From contig OX597833.1 in assembly GCA_951406725.2 (NCBI GenBank), positions 1,922,001-1,986,000 on the forward strand: DNA of 64,000 nucleotides. The letters run 5' to 3'. The stretch comes from Octopus vulgaris. Its lineage: Eukaryota. Positions 55,594 to 64,000 of the stretch are shown piece by piece. The translations under genes and the position numbers were made by a program. The notes under the pieces were generated by a model, which saw only the letters and a program-made list of their open reading frames with translations, searched no databases and was not told the origin of the DNA. How positions within the stretch are numbered: position 1 is the first letter of the stretch; each line of letters opens with the position of its first letter.

Positions 55594-55770
55594 GGGGAGA
55601 ATTCACAAAAACAAAAGACGAGGAATAGGTGGTGTAGACAACAAACAGATGTATTAGTTTAACGCACGGGAAGTTAAAAAGTCCTTAACGTTTCGAGCCT
55701 ACGCTCTTCCTCAGAAAGGAACACAGAAAGAAACACGGTGAGAAAATAAAGAATGTGTAGTGGCTAGCGA
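55590..55770 (-). mobile_element. Family H4 element with a canonical-core hammerhead (55681-55720)
   Basis: Minus strand: tccttt CTGAGGA a GAGC gtag GCTC GAAAC GTT aagga; (TA)n on both sides. Confidence 0.78.
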
Positions 55771-55821
55771 TATATATATATATATATATACATGTATATA
55801 TATATATATATTATGAGTTAC

Positions 55822-56205
55822 GTGGAAGCGCAATGACCCAGTGGTTAGGGCAGCGGACTCGCAGTCGTTCGATCGCGTGTTTCGATTCCCAGACAGGGCG
55901 TTCTGAGTAATTTATTGAGCGAAAGCAGCTAAGGCCCCTCGAGGCTGCGGTAGAGAGAGAGGTAGTCGCGAACCCGGCTGTACTCTTTCCCCTCAACTTT
56001 CTCTCACCCTTTCTTCTTGTTCATCTTGTACCTGTATCTCAAAGAGCCAGCCTTGTCTCATTTCGTGTCACTCTGAATCTCCCCGTGCACTACGTTAAGG
56101 GTACGCGTGTCTGTGGAGTGCTCAGCCACTTGCACGTTAATTTCACGAGCGGGCTGTTCCGTTGATCGGATCAACTGGAACCCACGTCGTCGTAACCGAC
56201 GTAGC
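55822..56205 (+). mobile_element. SINE family B, diverged
   Basis: Homology to 1477-1867. Confidence 0.85.
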
Positions 56206-56216
56206 GCCATGATTAT

Positions 56217-56352
56217 GAGGTATGGCTGTGTGGTAAGCAGCTTCTTTCTCAACAACATGATCCCAGGTTCAATTATTCTTCGTCGCATCTTGGACAAGTA
56301 TCTCGTGCCGAATAATGCCTTGTTAGTAGACTGACAGTGGCAGAAGACCGTC

Positions 56353-56386
<34 letters not shown>

Positions 56387-56570
56387 CTTTGTCTGCGCAT
56401 GTGCCAACAGGTGTTGGCGTGTTCACGTCCCCGTAACTTAGCTATTCGACAAAACAGACTGATATAATAAGTGCCAGGCTTATATACTTTGCAGTTCTGG
56501 TGTCGATTAAATATTCTTCAAGCCGGTGCACCTGAATGGCTGCAGTCTAATGATTGAAGCGAGTAAAAGA
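56217..56570 (+). mobile_element. SINE family C, diverged
   Basis: Homology to 15097-15515. Confidence 0.7.
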
Positions 56571-56919
56571 ACGGAGACTAATATATGGGGGTCTATATTT
56601 AACTTGTTATAACTTTGTAGCAAAACTTTGAAGTGAATGACACTTTGTAAATATTTAATGAGGTTCGTGAATGTAATATTTCTTTTTTTCACTGTGTAAC
56701 TGTTAATTTGCAGTGTTGCCAACTACGGCTTTTTCAAACAGCGCCAATGAAATATAAATGTTTTTTGTTATATACAGACTGTTGAGTTAAATTGGAGATG
56801 AGAGACGCTATTTTAAATTGGGTGAAGTGTAATCGTCAACATGAAGACTTCAGAAGCAAAATTATTAACTTATAAGCGATGGCGTTCAATATGATTAATG
56901 AGTAAATACGATTAATGAA

Positions 56920-57262
56920 GGCACGTGGCTCAGTGGTTAGAGCGTCGAGCTTACGATCGTGAGGTTGTGAGTTCGAATCCCGGACCGGGCAGCGTGTTGT
57001 GTTCTTGAGCAAGACACTTTATTTCACGTTGCTCCAGTTCACTCAGCTGTAGAAATGAGTTGCGACGTCACAGGTGTCAAGCTGTATCGGCCCCTTTGCC
57101 TTTCCCTTGGATAACATCGGTGACGTGTAGAGGGGAGGCTGGTATGCATGGGTGACTGCTGGTCTTCCATAAAACAACCTTGCCCAGACTTGTGCCTCAG
57201 AGGGTAGCTCTCTAGGTGCAGACCCATGGTCAGTGTCTGACCGAAAGGGGTCACCTCACCTC
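56920..57262 (+). mobile_element. SINE family D, full length, with a 12-bp TSD
   Basis: TGGCTCAGTGG A-box and GAGTTCGAATCC B-box; TSD ACGATTAATGAA at 56908 and 57263. Confidence 0.9.
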
Positions 57263-57279
57263 ACGATTAATGAATAAAT

Positions 57280-57660
57280 ATCGGTTTCAAATTTTGGAAC
57301 GAGGCCAGTCATTTCGGGGGAGAAATTAAGACGATTGCATCGACCCTTGTGAAATCAACTAGTACTTATTTTATCGACCCCGAAATGGATGAAAGGTAAA
57401 AGTCGGCCCCGGCGGGATTTGAACTGAGAACTTGAAGAAGGATGAAATGCCGCGAAGATTTTTGCCCGGCGTGCTAAGGTTTCTGGCAGCTCGGCGTCTT
57501 CAGTTAATGGATAATTATTCTTTTCTACCCTAGGCACAAGGCTCGCAATTTTTGAGGAGTGTGGTGGGGGGCAAGTGGATTAGATCGACCCCAGTACGAA
57601 ACTGCTACTTAATTTATCGACCTCCGAAAGGACGCGAGGTAAAGTCGACCTCGGCGGATT
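57280..57660 (-). mobile_element. Two adjacent diverged SINE A-related fragments
   Basis: Both contain the ATCGACCCC..AAAGTCG block; a similar relic lies at about 29830-30060. Confidence 0.65.
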
Positions 57661-58665
57661 TAATGAATAAATATTGAATGACTAATGTACTCGCTTGTAT
57701 GCCTTGATTTGTTTCAACCAGAGACTGTAGTAGCCATGCTGGGTAAGTTAAAAATACGTGTGAATGTTTTGGAAAACCCTGTCTGTTCTGGAGCTTACAG
57801 GTTCACTTGGCCAGAGATTTGTCCCGTTCCCGTGATGTTTAAGCGTGTGAGAATAAGACCCCCACCACCATCCTGAACGGAACTTTAGTCCATCGAAGAC
57901 TTAAATCCTCAAGCATTGTTGGAGCTGGTTTATTGCTGAATGAAATGATAGATGCAGCATGAATTTAAGTGTCTTGCGCAAGAACACAACGTGGGGACCA
58001 TCGCAGAATCGAAAGCACAAACTAGCGATAGCGATCCAAACATTTTTATCTACTACGCTACGCCAGTGAATCTGAAACAATCAGTCGGTTAGCCCGGAGA
58101 TTTTCTTTTACAGATCAGCGAAGCTATTGTCACGTACAGCTGCAATATCATAAAATATAAAACAGAATATGGACGATATTCGAGGATTAGAATCGAAAAT
58201 AAATGATTTTTTTTTTTGGTAGAGAAACACATCATTAAACGTTTAATATTTAAACAGATACTGCCTTCGGGCTTTATCTTTAGAAATTCTGCAAGGAAAA
58301 ATGTTGATGGTTTGAAATGATTTTAATCATCTTCTGTTTAGTATTGGAGATGTTGACGAATATTTCGCAGTGGCTGAAATCAATTATACAAAAATGTTTG
58401 TTAAAATCTTTGATTACATGAGAAATCACATTAGGTGTCTATTCTTTGAAGAGGCAGACATAGAACAAACAAGTTAAACAAAAACATATCACAAATTAGT
58501 AAATGATTTTTAAATACACATACTAGCAGTTATTATAAATTGGGAGGGTAATATTACCAACAAATGCACACGCACGCTTTATAAATCAGTCAATTTTATT
58601 ATTATAAATATAGATAAGTAAGGAAATAGAATGAAGAAATAATAAAGAAATGAATAATTAAGAAA

Positions 58666-58985
58666 TCTGCTGGTGTGTCTGGGGAGAGTCATTTTCTTTT
58701 TGTGCCTTATAATTTAACACACACACCGGTAAAATTTCCACTAATTTCTTAATTATTTTTCTAAAATTTCGTTACGTCTTGCAACCTTTTCAGTAGTCTT
58801 GACTATTGAAAAGGTTGCAAGACCCAGCGAAAATTTTAGGAAAATAAAAATAAGAAATAAGTGGAAATTTTACCGGTGAGTGTGTTATATTATAAGGCAC
58901 AAAAAGAAAATGACTCTCCCCAAGCACAACAGAATATGCTTCAACACATGAACTCATATAAAGAATTTTGCAAACCAAATCCAAA
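58666..58985 (+). mobile_element. Fold-back element, family H5
   Basis: Palindrome centred on TAGTC-TT-GACTA (58794-58805), tail on the right. Confidence 0.8.
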
Positions 58986-59023
58986 AACGAAATTAAGAAA
59001 TAATTATTAAAAATATATAATTA

Positions 59024-59080
59024 CCGTATTTGATGGCCTATATGACGCATGCGTGCGTCTTATAGGGCCATCAAATACGG
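59024..59080. mobile_element. 57-bp TIR-only Tc1/pogo-type MITE
   Basis: TA-CCGTATTTGATGGCC...GGCCATCAAATACGG-TA. Confidence 0.7.
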
Positions 59081-59265
59081 TAATTAATTATTGATCTCTA
59101 AATTCTATTATATATCTTCTGTTATATTTTTAATGTAGTAGCGTCTCCCTTTGATCGATGAGAACCCACGTTTTTGTATTTTTTCTTTTTGTTTTTGTTT
59201 TTGTGCGTTGTTACATGTCCTTTGGTATTGTTCTCAATGCCTTGGTCCCTTGTCACCAATAAAAT

Positions 59266-59345
<80 letters not shown>

Positions 59346-59409
59346 GAGTGTCAGAGCAGCCCATGCCATCAAAGTGACACTGGAGCACAAATATACGAAG
59401 CCCAGTATA
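59346..59409 (-). mobile_element. Dong-like 3' end fragment at (TAA)n
   Basis: Homologous to 46733-46795. Confidence 0.7.
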
Positions 59410-59596
59410 ACATTTTTGATAATCCCTCTCATAAGGTAATACTTCTGACTGAAAATATCATACATGCATGAAGTTTCGACTTTGTGCACCCAACAGAGTA
59501 TTATTGCTAAGCTGAAACAGTTGCTAGTGTAAAAAGAAACGGAATGGCGAAACTATGTTTCCGTTCGGGACTAACGACAACTTTGCGTAATAGCAA

Positions 59597-59662
<66 letters not shown>

Positions 59663-59665
<3 letters not shown>

Positions 59666-60047
59666 AGTATATGAAAGAATGGATTTGAACGACTAGTTAA
59701 CAAATATCCTTTATTCCCGACATATGTTTCGAAGGCTGCATATTCCTAATTCCGAAGGAATAAGGAGTACATTATGCAGATTTCTCATCAGGAAAATCAA
59801 GGAACTTACGTCGACATCAAAATGCACAAAATACTTTTAGCTGACCGCTCTATTTGTTAACTAGTCGTTCAACTCCATTCTTTCATATACTTATAATTTT
59901 AAAATAAACATACAAGTTTCCGCACGATGACACGTAGTCTATGCCCTAGGGACATAGCTTCAACCGTGTTCTTTCTGATGTGAATTTGCTACCCAGGTAT
60001 CGGTTATCTTTCGAATTATCCTTAATAAGATAATTCATTCAACTACT

Positions 60048-60050
<3 letters not shown>
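59663..60050. mobile_element. Fold-back hammerhead element, family H8
   Basis: 44-bp inverted repeat 59663-59706 and 59851-59894, tail to about 60050, (TA)n on both sides. Confidence 0.75.
59713..59797 (-). ncRNA. Type I hammerhead ribozyme (GUC cleavage triplet)
   Basis: Minus strand: attttc CTGATGA gaa..ctgcata..tatgcag..ttc GAAAC atat GTC gggaat. Confidence 0.85.
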
Positions 60051-60127
<77 letters not shown>

Positions 60128-60947
60128 GATAGATGGGCAGATACATAAATAAGAAAAGATATCAAAATCTCTTCGATATTCTGGTTACTGTAGCGTTTAT
60201 ATTCAATCCATGGAGGGGGCACTCGTTCGCTCAGAATTGCAGGGGTTTTTTTTTTGCCAGCTAGGTGGATTGGAAAAGCGGAAAAAGAAATGTTGTGCTG
60301 AAGAGCATTACTCATTTCCCGGCCCAGTAATCGAAACCACAATCTGACGATCACAAATTCTACACATCAAAGACTACGCTACGCACTTACACAAAAACAC
60401 TGACACACACACACACACATATGTATGTATATATGTAAGTACAATGTAATTTCTAACTCTCAACATTTTAAAATGGTTTTAATATAACTATTTTAAACAG
60501 CGGTGCAATGCACCAACCACGTGATATCAAACTGCAAACAAAATACCTCAAAATATCTACAATAAAATGTACGCTGCGCTATAGATAATTATAAAGCGAA
60601 AAAGGAATATGGAGTAAAATTTGAAAAGCATAGGAACTATATAAAGGTGTTATACAGGTTTGAATTAGAAAAATTAAAATACGTTATACAGTATTTAGGT
60701 ATACAAAGAGATGAATGTGAGAGTTGCATGTCTTAGAATAACATTACCTTTTATGGAGGCGGATTCTTTCAGTAAAATATGTGTTATTAAGAGCAATTTC
60801 ATGTGCGTTAATACAATGCAGCCATTTAATAAACGAAAAAAATTGCGGATTTGAAACTTTTAAAAATAGACGCATGTATGTAATTTGCCATTAATAGGAA
60901 TTCCTGTAACTTAAAAATTGATACGTAAAGCAGTTCGATATCTTTCC

Positions 60948-61035
<88 letters not shown>

Positions 61036-61036
61036 C

Positions 61037-61072
<36 letters not shown>

Positions 61073-61219
61073 TCTGTCTACATATATATATATATATATC
61101 GTATGTGTATATGAATATATATATATTTATAATATAAACGTATATATAAATATATATATTCATATATATATATACATATATATATATTCATAAATATATA
61201 TATATTCATATATATATTC

Positions 61220-61391
<172 letters not shown>

Positions 61392-61437
61392 AGGGAGAGA
61401 GACAGACAGATAGATAGATAGATACATCGATAGAGAG

Positions 61438-61502
<65 letters not shown>

Positions 61503-61689
61503 CGCATATATATATACATATATATATATACACGTATATATATACATATATATATATACATATATATATATATACACGTATATATATACAAACACTTAGA
61601 TATGTATATAAGTATGCATGTGCGCATGCATGCATATATATATATATATATATGTCTACGTATGTATGTACGCACGTTTGCACCCACCC

Positions 61690-61723
<34 letters not shown>

Positions 61724-62215
61724 CACACACACATACACACACACACACACACACATTGCGGCAATGAGTGCACAGAATTAAATTAAAATGGTGTTTATCA
61801 CTGAACACAATAGAATTACAGACTAGGTTATTAATTATTAATAATATTAAGTAGATATATTAAAAGGGATTAAACGAAGTAGAATCATATAAAAAAATCT
61901 TTACTAGATTCAAAGAACTGTCATACATAATAGTTATACAATATCACTCAATAAGCCGACATTATTATTAACATGAGAGAGCTTGCAACCAATTTAATTA
62001 AGTAAGGTTAATAAACCAGCTTTAATGAAGTTGGCTCAAATAAGAGGAATTTAATGAAGATTCGTGTATTGACTATTGAGTAATAATACATGCTTTCGAA
62101 AGTCTGTAATTGATTAACTATAATAAATGTATGGATGGTAATTACATCTTAATTGAAACCATTATTTAAATGCGATTACCACCGTTCAATAACTTTGATC
62201 TGGCTTTACCATACA

Positions 62216-62257
<42 letters not shown>

Positions 62258-62325
62258 TACATACATATATATGTACATACATACATATATATGTACATAT
62301 ATATATATATATGTATATATATATG

Positions 62326-62372
<47 letters not shown>

Positions 62373-62893
62373 GCGATGATTGATCTATGCAGTGTGTCCC
62401 AGTGTGCACCATTCTTGTTTTCATAAAAAATTATTTAAGCAATTTATTTTATTATATTTTTTTCAGCATGTTTAATTGCAGAGGGCGCTCAATTTGAGCA
62501 TTTGTCATGATTAATGTCAATAATGTGTTTTTTAAATCAGTAAGGGTGTATTCTTTAAAAAGAAAAAACCAGCGTGGTGCGCAACTTCCGGGGCATATGT
62601 ACATATGTACATACATACATACATACATGCATACATACATACATACATGCATATATATATGTATATCTTTTTCTATTTCCATGTATATATATATATTTAT
62701 ATATATATATATATACATATACATACACACACATATATACATATACACATACATACATATATATACATACACACACACATATATATATATATACATACAT
62801 ACATACATACACAAACACACACACATACATACATACATACATACATACATACATACATACATACATACATACATACATACATACATACATACA

Positions 62894-62925
<32 letters not shown>

Positions 62926-62934
62926 CATATCTAT

Positions 62935-63150
62935 TCTTTCATTCTTTTACCTGTTTCAGTCTTTTCTTTGCGGCCATGCTTTAAACGGTTTTTTAGTCGA
63001 AGAAATCGAACCCAGGACATATTCTTTGTAAGCCTAGTACTTATTCTATCGCTTCTTTCAACGAACCGCAAATTTACTCGTACGTAAACACACCAACATC
63101 GGTTGTCAATCGGTGGTGGAGGAACATAGATACAAAGCCACACAAACACA
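62935..63150 (-). mobile_element. SINE family C 3' half, diverged
   Basis: Homology to the family C tail. Confidence 0.7.
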
Positions 63151-63179
63151 TGAATATATACTTATATACTTTTTCGCTA

Positions 63180-63325
63180 TTTTTTTTTCTCTCCTTGTTT
63201 CTCTCCTTGTTTTTTTTTCAGTGTCCCTTTCTATAGAAGAGCGTAGACTCGAAACGTAAAAGACTTTTTCTATTCCTGAGCGCTATATTAATACATTTTT
63301 TTGTTTGTACACCACCTGCCTTCGT

Positions 63326-63328
<3 letters not shown>
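63180..63328 (+). mobile_element. Family H4 element with a decayed hammerhead motif
   Basis: CTATAGA a GAGC gtag ACTC GAAAC GTA aaagac. Confidence 0.7.
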
Positions 63329-63390
<62 letters not shown>

Positions 63391-63426
63391 ACACATATAT
63401 ATATATATACATAGATATATACATAC

Positions 63427-63486
<60 letters not shown>

Positions 63487-63503
63487 GTATGTATGTATAT
63501 ATT

Positions 63504-63545
<42 letters not shown>

Positions 63546-63570
63546 TATACATACATACATATACATACAT

Positions 63571-63615
<45 letters not shown>

Positions 63616-63835
63616 AATATATACATACATACATATACATACATAGATACATACATATATATATATATATATTCCTTAATTCCTTTATATATTTCAGCCT
63701 TGGGACTGCAGCCATGCTGGGGCACATGAATATCATATAATTTGATATATCTGACACGCATACAAATATATATTTACATATATATACATACATATTTTGC
63801 GTACATATTTTTATACGTTTCTCCCTTCCTTACTT

Positions 63836-63908
<73 letters not shown>

Positions 63909-64000
63909 GTACATGAATAAATATATAACGTGCATATGTATGTATGTTTATATGTATATATTTAATTATATATAAATGTATATATATATATATGTGTGTG

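Noticed and set aside
56920-56990. tRNA-like sequence (also at 1477, 30817 and 50322)
   Set aside because: These are SINE heads that continue into SINE bodies, some with TSDs; I could not form a proper acceptor stem.

Overview
Eukaryotic, AT-rich non-coding DNA saturated with microsatellites. The SINE/LINE content and the (TA)n/(CA)n density suggest an octopus genome; this is inferred from pattern, not from a database search. I found no host protein-coding exon and no real tRNA or rRNA gene. Nearly all ORFs in the track are translated microsatellites. Identifiable content: four tRNA-headed SINE families (about 30 copies or fragments), a 5'-truncated CR1-group LINE reverse transcriptase and related 3' fragments, R4/Dong-like fragments in (TAA)n, a decayed mariner, three non-autonomous Helitrons and several MITEs. 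The main signal is about 20 type-I hammerhead-ribozyme motifs or motif-like sequences (stem I-CUGANGA-stem II-GAAA-short, often palindromic stem III-NUH-stem I) from roughly 8 sequence families. They sit in short non-coding elements, most of them inserted in (TA)n tracts. Many of these elements are fold-back palindromes with one ribozyme on each strand pointing outward and a single-copy tail of about 100 bp on one side. This resembles Penelope-like pseudo-LTRs or retrozymes. Some families have non-canonical cores (U3:A8, A6U), and one family seems to spread as a ready-made hairpin. All structures were read by eye; cleavage activity is untested.
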